A stretch of DNA of 64,000 nucleotides from Vermamoeba vermiformis (lineage: Eukaryota): contig JBEWZL010000089.1 of the NCBI GenBank assembly GCA_045837725.1, positions 1 to 64,000 on the forward strand, in the 5' to 3' direction. A model generated the notes under the pieces. It saw nothing but the letters and a program-made list of their open reading frames with translations. It searched no databases and was not told where the DNA came from. Every line of letters begins with the position of its first letter. The stretch's first letter is position 1. The position numbers and the translations under genes were made by a program. Of this stretch, positions 23,101 through 34,811 are shown piece after piece.

Positions 23101-25159
23101 TGCGAGTGCAGCACGTGACATGACCCCAAAAGGCAAGTGCACCGTGAACAGCCACAGCGCGGTGTGAGACTGCTGCAAAATTCTGAGAAATATTTTGCTC
23201 AACAAATAGTCCACGCGCTGCTGCACGTATGTCAACTGCGCACTTGTCAACGTGTCAGATGTCAACCTGCAGCAACATGTCAATTCAACGCTCGCAGTGA
23301 AGTGTCAAACAGTGACTTACAGAGAGTTGGCAAAGAGTGCCAAATGACGCGCGACATTGACAGCCTCTTCAGTTACCCGTTTAGGCAAGTCTTTGTGCGC
23401 GTCACTCAGCACGAGACTGCACGTCAAAATGTCAATCAGCTCCTGACACGTGTCCAGCACTGATGTCACGTCATTGGCCTAAATAGGAAGGTTAGATCGA
23501 GGGCAATCTCGGCTCAATCTCGCGTGTCATACCCCGTGTGCGAAGAGTGCTTCTAAAAATAGCGCAAAGGGACACTGTTTGAACAGCGCGATGAGATCTT
23601 CTTCGAGCAACACGAGTGCTGACGTGTCGTGCACTGGCACTGTGACAGGTGTCAACACTGCACTCACACTCGCGAGGAAGTGGCGCATATCAGTTTGGTT
23701 CCTAATTAGGCAAGAGTCAGACACGTGTCGGAGGGTGAGTGGCGCGTACCAGTCATCCATAAAAGGAAATTGCAACAACTGTGCAGCCCAGGCCCCCACG
23801 CCCGGTGTGTGCAACAAGTGCGTGAGAATGAACACGTGATCGTCGTACGAGGCATTGCGGAGCCACACAGACACCACTTTGACAATCATCGCTTTGACAT
23901 CGACTAAAAATAGCACGTCTTGCGAGGGCTGATTCACAAAGTAGAACAGCACCGCGAGCACGTGACGCAGCTTGGTGAGTGGGATCAAATCCATCGGTGT
24001 GCGCAGGGCAGGGTTTGACGCGATGACAGGTGACATCTCGTGCAGTCCAGTGAACAAGTGACACGTGCTCAACAGCTCATCGATCAGCACGTGACACTTG
24101 AGCTTGGCACGTGTCGCGTCGTACTGTGCGCGCACGACTTCGGTGTGTTCGAGCTGCAGCAGTGATTGGTGCGCGTCGTGCAGCACCACTTCTTGTTCGG
24201 GGTGAAATTTCATCCACGAGAAGCTGATTGGTTGAGGCTTGAGCGAGGTGCCATCACCGCACTTGCCCGCATTGAACACCGCTGTCTGACGCTCTTCCGT
24301 CCACAACTGCTGCTCTTCAATGTCACGTGCACGCGTCTTGGCTGCCTAATTAGGAAATGCGTCAACACCACGACAAATAGAGCAATTCTATCACCATATA
24401 TGACATCACTATATATGGTATCACTAGTACTGCTAGTGTGAGCACTGACCTCGACGCGGTGGTGCAGCTGTTCGAGCTCGTGCAAACTCTCTTTGAACTG
24501 TTTCAACGTCACGTACAGCTCGTCGTCATTCCAGGCCAGCTGTGCGCAGTCAGTGAGGGCTGTATATAGCGCTGTTACTAGTGTTACGTACGTCAAAGCC
24601 ACCGTTGTTGCTGAACGGAGCTCTGTATTTCGGAGCAGATCTGGTGAGCAGTTCAGTCAAGTCGAGCCAGTGGAGCTGCTCGTTGATGAGGGGTCTGAAG
24701 TAAGGTGTGAGCTGCATATACTATGGGCTCGCTATTCATCGCTATAACATACTCAAATTGGTCCTCATTAATGTTGTTATTGAGCTGTGGGTACAAGGAC
24801 TGGATGGGCTCCTCGTCTTTCATCTCCATATCAGCGCCATGGATGTTCTTCTCATCATTAAGTAACACATTACGCTGAGGGCTATTGTTATTATGTACAG
24901 GTTTCATCGTGTGCACGACTGTAATTGCTTCGCTTGGATGCTTCTCGAGTTCTTTATTGAGAGCCTCGTTATTAATCTTATTTTCCTCCGATAATCTTCT
25001 TTTAACACGGTGTTCGAGATCTAATAATATAAAATAATGAAGAATAAGATCACGAATATTTATTTGCGAATTTTCTGATCTGAAAATGCAATTCATTTTA
25101 CCTTCAGTAAGTGCGCTTTCAAAGCTCTCTTTTCTTTTCTTTACAATAGGAACTTCCAT
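17149..25159 (-). CDS. EPG5: EPG5 autophagosome-lysosome tethering factor homologue, large multi-exon gene
   Basis: About 8 kb of in-frame exons with GT-AG introns; DHVFILTHLLHTPGVGAWAAQLLQFP and LLEEDLIALFKQCPF match recalled EPG5 blocks. Confidence 0.8.
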
Positions 25160-25413
25160 ATTTACAATATTTACAATATGAGCGCACCGTATTGGTCTTG
25201 GAGTGAAATTGCGGTGGATCGGCGCTCAATATTTTCGGCTAATACCAAATCGATAATAAATATACACAAATCACCAATAGTGGTGCAACTAATATTTACA
25301 AGTGAATTAATAAGGAAGATTGACCCGCTCCCAAAAATGATGGAATTTCACGTGCAACAATAACACGAACGGAGTTGGAGGCGCTTGTTATTTATTATCA
25401 ACCTATAATAACT

Positions 25414-26396
25414 ATGACAGACCACATGTCTACTCAATCACAGTCGCAGTGCTCGTTAGTGCAATACACCGCTGTACGCAAGGTGCTCAAGTCAGATACC
25501 ATGTTCAGAACCCTTGGCGTCACACGTCAAGCCAGCACGAATACTATCAAGCGACAATATAAGAAAATATCACTGTTAGTACACCCTGATAAGAACCCAG
25601 CCCCTGGTGCAGAGGAGGCTTTCAAAAGTACGTTGGATCCTCGTTGGCAAATTACAACCACAGAAATAATTTCAAATTTCAAATTCCGATTTTATTCTAT
25701 ACAATTTACGAACACGACACGTGTGTATATTCAACTTGTGTAATCTTTTCAATTTTCGTTCGAGTTACTCCGTAATTATTTTACGATTGCATTTTATGAA
25801 AATATGACGAATTATGCCCTACCCGCAACTGTTTATTGTTCATTATAATATGCACGACTATTTTATTACATTACAATACATTCATGTCCACTAACTCTCG
25901 ATCAGGGGTCAACAATGCCTATGACATTCTGCGAGATCCAGAGTCGCGTTCTCGTTACGCAGCTGTCGTGTCAGATCTGCGCGGCCAATACCACGCCAAA
26001 GTCAATGCTCGACGCGAACAACGTCGTGAAGAACGAGAGCGCGCAGTGTCAGATCTTGAGCGCAAGAAGAGACCGTTGTTCTTGGCGCTGATTCTGCTGC
26101 CAGTGCTCGTGTTGACACTTTGGGGCTGTTACTCGCTGCTGGTGACGCGCAGCACTGGCCAGGCCTCGACTGGTGCACGTGACCCTTCAGGGCTGACGTG
26201 GCTGTCCCTCACTGGCCCCACAGAGTCTCACCCACACGTGTATCACTCGCGCAGTGGTCTCGCAGTGTACGTCACTCAGCACGTGTGGCTAGCACTGCAC
26301 GTGTCAGACTCGTCGCGCACGCAGATGGAAGAATTGATCGAGAATGTCCTCGCTGAACTCACGCGCGCTCAAGCCACATCCACGCCAGTACATTAG
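25414..26396 (+). CDS. J-domain membrane protein (DNAJB12/14-like), 2 exons
   Basis: YKKISLLVHPDKNPAPGAEEAFK / VNNAYDILRDP; transmembrane segment LFLALILLPVLVLTLWG. Confidence 0.85.
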
Positions 26397-26611
26397 CACA
26401 CTGCGATATAGAGTGACCAGTCCTCCTGTCCTGTTGACATCAGCTCAGTCACATGCATCAGATCCACTCCTGTTGTGTCCACTTGCAGTTCCCTCCACAC
26501 GAATAGAGTTCAGCACACTGCAGTCCCTGCACCACAGCTTGCTAGTCCCTGTGACTAGTGCGTGTACAAACACGAATAAATTTATTTACAAGGTGCACTC
26601 GCAGTGCTCAA

Positions 26612-27907
26612 TTAGCGCAGTCGCGCAGGATCTTGTCCTAACATCCAGCAGTACACCGTCTGATCCCAGCCACAGCTCGCTACTTGGCCGTCAATGAAGA
26701 TGTTCCAATCGAGGCCCACCACAAATTCAGTGTGGTGTTCGTAACGATCAATCAGCGCCTCTTCAGCGGCAATGTCCCACACCATCATCGACATGTCATA
26801 GGAGCTCGAGGCCACAATGTTCTCGTGATGTGGGGAGCACTTGAGTCGTCGCACAGCATAGCGGTGACCATACAAGGTACGAATCTCACGTGTGGGCTGT
26901 CGAATGTCCCAGATCTTGATGCTCTTGTCCACTGAGCCGGACACGAGTATGTTCTCGTTGTATTTGTTCCAATCACACGTCAGTATTTCAAAGTTGTGTG
27001 CTTTGATTGTCAATACACTCTGTTGCTCTATATACAATGCCTTGCTATGAGTACGAATACGCATTACTACTCTCAATACATACCGCGCAAGTCCCACACT
27101 TTGAGCGTGTGATCACCGGACGCTGAAGCGAACAATGTCGGGAAGTGTGGCGAGTACACAGTTGAATAGACGCAATAGCTGAGTGCACAACAGGTAAGTA
27201 TTCGAGAGCCAATTGAATGCCGCGCAATGGACTCACCGATGCTCGCGATAGGTTTGCATGGAGCGAGGTTTGAGTGGTGACCACACACGAATGCTGTCAT
27301 CCCACGAGCCTGACACGAAATTGTCTTTGGTCTATAAGCAGTATTAGCGATTGAAATCGGTTGATAGGGACTTATTATTATGCTCATATCAGTTACGCAC
27401 TTGTAAATTCCAATCAACAGCATAAACTTCGTGGTTGTGCTCTTCAAAACTGCGGATCGGAGGCTGATTAGCTGCTCTAATATCCCACAATTTAATTGAT
27501 CCATCACCGCTGCCAGAAATCAAAAAATGTTCATTTTCTTCGCTCCTGCAGAGATTGATATCAGATCCGAAAATTAATGAGACGAAATATTTTCGGACAA
27601 GAAATTCTCAAATAATATCCCACCACAAAATTCTAGTTTAAATTAATAATTAATTACCAGGCACAATCATAAAGACCATCGCGAGTGAAAAAGCTTGCTT
27701 GCTCAACTAGTCTCTGATCACCTTCTACACTGAATACAAACTGACGTCCATTGCCTATGATACCAAAATTCTGCGAAGTGGCGCAAGCTAGTTTGTTCTC
27801 TTCAAAGGGACTGAATTCGACCTTGACAAGGTTAGGATCGCGACTTTTACCAAACAGTTCGCACTTACTGAGTAGCCGCTGAAGTCCCCAGTCTTGAAGA
27901 AGGGCAT
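26612..27907 (-). CDS. PEX7: Peroxin-7, PTS2 receptor (WD40), multi-exon
   Basis: FSPFEENKLACATSQNFGIIGNGR, EILTCDWNKY, GHRYAVRRLKCSPH, HHTEFVVGLDW. Confidence 0.95.
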
Positions 27908-28015
27908 ATTCTCCTGAGTACTAATAAATGTTGTGTCCTTCAATCACGAAGGGCAATTATTTAATTTGATTTTCAACTCTGTTTATTTTTGTTCGCGCTG
28001 CCCAAACAGATCACA

Positions 28016-30169
28016 ATGCTCAAAGTGGACAAGTTATTGAGCGCTGCGCGCAAGGTGGCTAAACCGCTCCAAAAGGCCACTACACAAGCTAAGGAGGCCG
28101 TTGCCCCTACTGCAACGCTAGCCTCAGAAACGCAGTCGATCGGAGGACGACCGAAGCATCTTCAAAAACGACCCAAGCCAATATCAACGGGCGTCGTCTA
28201 TCGCAATCTTGATAAACATAGCAAATTCCAACAGAAATTCAAAGAGATTGGAGAATCGTCGATCGTTGCGCAAGGATTTACAAAGCTAGATCCAAATCCA
28301 CTCGAACAGCAAGTGTTGCTTGATCCTCAAAGAGAAAACATAGAAATTCCTCGACTGGCACATGGATTGGAACGTGTTATTAAAAACGCAGGCTTGCATC
28401 CAGTGCGTCACAACAAGAAACTCAACTTCTCACCGTTTTTGCATAAAATACATCCACCAGAAACTATTAATTTCAACGCCGTGCCTCAATTTATTACATC
28501 GTCTAGAGACGAGGTACGTTACCGATTTAAATTTAAATTATTTGAATTTTTATTTGCGATAAATACAGTAAACTCAGCTGGATCCGATCTGATCGCATAA
28601 TTCAAACAGACTCTGCACCGATTAGCCACACAATTCGATTGCAAATACAAAGGTAGCACATCATCCGTCTCCTCGCTGCTCTCGCACTTGTATTATCTCT
28701 TGTCCAAGTTCAAGCCAGTCAATCTGTCGCCCCTTTCACCTGCTTTTCACACAGCCGTATGTCACTTTGCACGCGATCCTTGATACATCTGTCGTTAATG
28801 TACATATATAGGCCTCGTCATTTACTCCCGCCGCGGTCAAGCCAGCGGTTGTCATCGTGCGGCCAAAAGACGGCGTGTGGAGCATTGACGCAGAACACGG
28901 CAACAAAACACCTGACAATCAGATCTTGCTCGAACTCGTACGTGCTGCGCAACTAGCGATTGATGTTAATACACTTTGCAGGGTAAATCGTTGGAGCGGA
29001 TGTTCACTATGACGCAAGAAGAGTTTGAAGCTAAAATGCTGAAGAAGCCTGGATCCACCGACAATAGCACAACACCTGAAAATATGCAAAAAGAAGCATA
29101 CATTTATTCGAAGGTACTTAACTGTGACTGCCATAGGCCTTATTGCCGCAATATTAACGCTGCGAGTAGATGGGCAGATTTCTGTTTCGGTCACAACTCG
29201 ACTGCAGGTGGCCCTATGAACACGAACAGCAGCGCAAGCCAACAGGCCACAAGCACCACACACACGCCACTGCCACTCCCACTACACCGCCAGTTCTGCG
29301 CACCTTTGACTTGAAGTCAAGAGCTGCGTGGCCTATTCGCATCGACTGTGAAAATTATCGCTTGCATTTGTTCTATCGACCGCGCACAGTAGCAGGTCTT
29401 GAGAACTCATTTGAGCGCGAGTTCTACGACATGGTGCGGTAAGTGGATCAATTTCGCATTTGATTCGTGGATTATGCTCACCGCGATAATTTTAGAGCGG
29501 CTTTTTTGAAGTACATCTTTCAAGCTCGTATCGGCAAGATGGAGGGAATATTCGTCGCGTACCATAACACCACCGAACTGCTGGGCTTTGAGTACATCAC
29601 TCTGCGCGAGATGGAGCAATATATTTTTGACACGCCTGCCATGGCAGATCTGAGCTTCGACGTCTCAACCAAGTTGTTGCAACTAATACTCGATGCGGCA
29701 ACAAAGAAGTGTCCAAATTCACCATTTAGATTGTCATTACACACGAAAATAACGCCTCAGGTAGGATTAATAAGCCAGGCAAAATTATTAGTGTCGGAAA
29801 ATAGCCTATTTTGGCATTATCGGTAAATTAGGCAAGATTCTCAATGCTAATCTCGTATGCACATAGGGCGCATTAGACACGATGATTGGTGTTGAACCGC
29901 TAAGCAATGACCGAGGATGGCAAGATGCCGATGCACGAGACACGAATGCGTTCCAGATCAACAGCCCATTCTACTTGTTCAAGCTCTCTTTGGAGACTTC
30001 TATTGACGGAAAGTTTACAGCAGGTCCATTTTTGTGTCGCAACAGAGATAACGTCAATATCTATTACCGACTACAAGAGATCACTGCCGATCCAGCATCA
30101 ATGATGCAAACTTATATGGGAATGTTGAAGGCCTCCCAATTGTTTTTCATCGAAGAAGAAGAAGAATAA
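28016..30169 (+). CDS. PET127: Mitochondrial RNA 5'-processing nuclease Pet127, multi-exon
   Basis: LAHGLERV, FITSSRD, GSTSS, FDLKSRA, FEREFYDMVR.AFLKYIFQARIGKMEGIFVAYHNT. Confidence 0.9.
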
Positions 30170-30676
30170 ACAAATTACTTGCGATGATATTTGCAAAGGC
30201 AAGCATATTTGGCACCTATCAATTTCAGGCGTTGGATCTATTCGGCATGCTGAGCGGGTAAAAACCAAAAATTTAGTATTGCCACATATCTAAAATATTT
30301 AATGTGAAACAAAATGAAATATTACGCGTTTAAATTTTGTAATCTCATTCTTGATAGGTCATTCATGATTATCGGCTTCTCCCGCAACCTTCAGACGAGG
30401 GCAGAGATGCGTAATGACCCAACGATAACTGCAGAACCAGAGTTTACATTTCGTAATTACTTCGCGAAAGGCAAAGTTTTCGAACGCTCCTTTTTTGTCC
30501 TTACTTAACGAATTTGCCTTTTTAAGAAATACTCCGCGCAGGAGATACAACTTATCTCGCAAAATCTCCCGTCGAAAAAAGGTTCAAAACCGAACTCGGA
30601 GTCCATTTCAAATTCAATTTGCAATCGAAAACAACACGACAGGGACATTGTATTATATACATTAACTCAAGCTACC

Positions 30677-32244
30677 ATGGAACCCTTACAGATCGTAGAC
30701 GATAGATTTAACAGAAGTTCCATTCCTGACGTTTGGAGCTCTTTTGACATGAATGAAGGGCTGTCAGACTTACATCTTGCTCCTTTTTCATCTTATGGCT
30801 CACTTGACTCCCCTTCGGTAAGTTAACAAATTGATTACGCGATCTCGTTTGACTGACACTTGACTTTGCTCTGCAGATGGAGAGAAGAAAGCGACAAAGA
30901 ACTGATAGACAACACAGTTTCTGCGTCCCCTATCAACCACAAGCCCCTCAAAGTGAAGCGAGCACTTCCGCACCGGAAATGTCGCTCATCCAACAGTTTC
31001 ACAAACTCTATAACTCACACAGAGCCGTTTCATTCCCTAACGATCAACAGCCCACGCAACAATACTTCGGTTACAACACCTACCCAAATGTCGAATCAGC
31101 TCCTCAATCACACAAGCGAACATTTTCTCAATCCAAGGCCGATCACATTCCCATGATGCCTCCTGCGCCAGTTTCGGATAAAGCTGCTCCTCTGACCGCG
31201 CCTCATCCACCCGTCATTGCTAAACGCACTGCTCAAGCCCCTAGCATTCAAAGCTGCTTCAAACTCACTGCCCAACCCCACGAGAAGCAACGCAAGGCAT
31301 ACCAGAACGAAAAGAGGTAAGCTTGACCAGTCATGCAAATAGCTATTGGGCATTTAGAAATTGAACCGATAATCTGCCGACAAAATCTGAGCGAATTCGA
31401 AACTCCCAATCAAAATTTCTCCATTCTAAATTTGTCCTCATTTTTTAAATCTAAAATTAACCCGTTCCTTTTTTAGACACTTGTTGCCCCATCCTCTTAC
31501 CGTAGCATACACTGGTGGTAGCGCTGAAGACATCGTACGAGGCGAGGTATCGGTCAGAATGTTGGCCGTAAAGTCGATCTCGGTACGTAGACCCTGATAT
31601 CGAACACATGAGCAAAGTATTAATAGAGCTGTTCTTTATTAGGAAAACAATCAACTGCAGACTGAGGCAATGGAAGATGGTTCTCTGGGAGGTCAAACCA
31701 CACTCCAACTCTCCAAACGAGGAAATTGCCAAGTAAGTACAGATCGTGTGACGTTGCAAACTCCGTTTCTAATATTAACGTACTCTAATTATAGGCTGCT
31801 TTCAGCTTGAATGTATTCAAAACCACCGGCGCAAAGAAATACGTGCTCGAATTTACTGTGCGCTACGACACTAAGCAAGGTCACTTCGAGGAGAAGATCA
31901 TCTCGCGCCCCTTCGCCGTGTCCAGCAACAGAATCAAGCCTGACATTGAACGACCTGTCATTGCTGGTCTCAACCCCAATGCTTGCCTGGTTACCGGAAA
32001 CAGCCAAATCTGGATCCGAGGCAAGAAGTTTATGAAGCAAAAGGACAACCTCATTGTCAAGTTCGGTGATAAGATTGCGAAGATTGAAGAATGCGAAGGC
32101 AATCTACTTGTCGTTAATGTGCCTCACCTCGGCACGCCAATGCACGAGCCTCGCACTGTTGCGGTGACGGTCACGAACGTGCACATGGAGCATCAGCTGG
32201 TTTGCAAAGAGCCGTTCTCTTTCACTTATCTCCCCTCTAAATAA
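30677..32244 (+). CDS. Ig-fold (Rel-homology/NFAT-like) DNA-binding domain plus IPT/TIG domain protein, 5 exons
   Basis: LTAQPHEKQRKAYQNEKR..., ISRPFAVSSN, then IPT PVIAGLNPNACLVTGNSQIWIRGKKF...FSFTY; P/Q/S-rich N-terminus. Confidence 0.7.
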
Positions 32245-32739
32245 TTGTACTAATATTGTATTTATAATTTTGTACAATACATCAAAATAACCATGTAAAT
32301 AGTATGCGGATTGCGAAATTGTAAAATAAAAGATGATTTAACAGGAATTATTCTGCCAAAGACGGAATTTTATATTAAAAAGTAATAAAGCTAGTGCGTG
32401 CTAGTTATCGTATTACCGGGTTTCAGTGTTGACACGGTGGCGGAACTTTTGAATTAATTAAGAGTACGACAAATTAAATAAATTTCTCAATTTGGCCAGA
32501 ACTTGTGCAAGTCTGATAGTCGCACCAAAAGAGGTTAATTTTCCATCTAATCTACGTCGACGCATGTGCTCGACCCTTGATTGGCCGATCGACTCTGCGG
32601 TCAAACTTTTTCCCGGTTTTTCGTTTTTGCCGCCCAAAAAACTGTGAGCGACAAGAAGATAAATAACTTTCTCGGACCAAAGAGAAACCACCACACGTTA
32701 GCCCCACAAGTTTGTACAAATCGAAGCAACCGGAACAAG

Positions 32740-32931
32740 ATGTCTTCTACCTCGTGCTCTGTTCAGATGACCGTTTCTGCCCCTGCTACTCCCATCAGCA
32801 AGGTTAGAAGTGACTCCGGAAGCTACACATTATCACCCAGCGATTTTCTTCTCTGGCGTGGTGTGTATTGTGATGAAGCTTGCAACAAACGAGCTTCGAT
32901 CGGCAACTCCATCGAGCTGTCGACTCGATAA
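32740..32931 (+). CDS. Putative small protein (63 aa), unknown function
   Basis: A-rich start context (aacaagATG), GC-balanced ORF, followed by an AT-rich 3'UTR-like tract in an otherwise gene-free ~1 kb. Confidence 0.4.
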   Translation: MSSTSCSVQMTVSAPATPISKVRSDSGSYTLSPSDFLLWRGVYCDEACNKRASIGNSIELSTR

Positions 32932-33239
32932 CTCTTCTCTTTGACGCTTTTCAGCGTTTTTGAGAACAATTGGACCCAATGTAACATAGTTTTATTTATT
33001 TGTACAAACTCTGTGCGTGCTTCTCAGCGCGCAACCTGGAAACTTTTATTCGGCGGATTTGATCAAGATCGGTTCGTCGAAATAAACAGTTCTTTTTCTT
33101 TAAAAATCTGTTGGCGTACTTTAAAGAAATATATGTTATACTATAACAGCGAACCTGCAAGAACATAGTGGAGGCACGCAACGGCTAGATCGTGATCGAT
33201 CTAATTGTTTTTTTATTTTACACTCCAATTTACAATGTT

Positions 33240-34558
33240 TCAACGGTGGAAATCAATTATTTTAATCAATTGAGGATTCGACTCGTGGTACTCGATCAAA
33301 CCTGCCTCATCGAGTTTGTCAAGATGCCCGGGCCAATAATCGACCAGCTTTGATCGATCAATGTACGGATCTTTGGGTGAAATCAACGCTTTGTTCATTA
33401 ATGCCTAGAAGGCAACGATTTAGGTAAATACTTGTGGCTGCGGCTGTAATAGCTTACCTCGAGAAGTTTCTTGAGCGGCAGGTAATTGCTCTGTGTCGAG
33501 GTCTGGGAGCCAGTGCTCTCTTCGAGTTTTCGCTGCAAATGATTGGATTGTTAAACTTATTAGAGGGCAAAAAACAGCGTGCTAGTGGTTACCTTCTTTA
33601 GTGGACTTTGCAAGTCTGACTGCTCGCCCTCTACGCTGGGAAGAGGGAAGTGCTTGGTCATGAATGCTGCGAAGGGCTTCATGATGCTCGCTGTAGACTG
33701 GCGAATCAGTTCTTTTTGTTGCAACAACGAGTCACGGTGTCTGGAACGGTCAGCAAACAATGATGGGGGGTAATGATACAATACGTACTTGGTGTAAATA
33801 GCTGGTACATAGTCAGCTGGTTGTGCGTAACTGCCACTGAGGTCCTCTAATGCGCGATCAATTTGACCGTGCATGTCACTCAAAGTGACATCGAGCTGTG
33901 TCAGTTCAGTTTTTAGTTGTTGAGCGCTGACCGAGGTTAGTATATCGAATCACAAGAACACAGTGACACGACTTACTTGGCGATCATTGTTCGCTCGACT
34001 TGACACTGTTGTTGAATGTACTGCAGTGTTTGGTCGTATTCGTCATTCATGCGCGTGAGCTCTTCTAGCATCATGGCTTTGATTATCTGTGGCTCTTGTG
34101 TGCTAGGAGAGACTAATAATAGCGACTGTTATGCATCTATAACGGCAACTGCATGCATTTATATCCGTACCTTCTATGTGTTGCGTCTGATATTGCAATG
34201 AATCGCGTGCAGACTCGAATAACTTTAACTTCTCTTCCAGCACTCTGATTTTCTGTTGCCAATCAATCATTTGTTAGGTCGATAATAATGATAGTCATTG
34301 ACGTACAATTGGTTTAGACTCTGACTCAGCAGTGGTGTTGGTGTTATTTTGTCGTGCCAATTTCTTCTTGCTGATTTCGTAGTGAGTCTACCAACTAGTT
34401 ATATATTGCCCATTATAGTTCGTAAAATACTAATATTACCTCCTCGATTTTTTCTTTTATTTGGTCGCAGCGCTTTTTTAACTGCTCCAGTAAAGAAGAT
34501 ACATTTGGATCTTGGTTTTCCTAAAAAATAAAATTACCAAATATTCCATCAACGTCAT
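33240..34558 (-). CDS. CENPK: Centromere protein K (CCAN), multi-exon
   Basis: Coiled-coil N-half; C-terminal LLEALMNK..PKDPYI..YWPGHLDKLDEAGLIEYHESNPQLIKIIDF. Confidence 0.75.
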
Positions 34559-34811
34559 AGCAAATCAATGCTATATTTTTCGCGTTGAATAAAATAAAAT
34601 TCTGAAAATAAACAGACCAGGATATTTGGCGCCAAAGAATTTCGCATATAATGCGTTTAGAGGCGCATAATTGCATACGATATTTACCATGAATTATTTC
34701 AATATTTTCTTGGCAATTTAATGCGATCTGATCTCTTGTTTAAGGATCGGCGGATGGTCGATCTGTGTAGAACCTCAATTCTGTAATGGTAGCTGATCAA
34801 TACAACGCACA

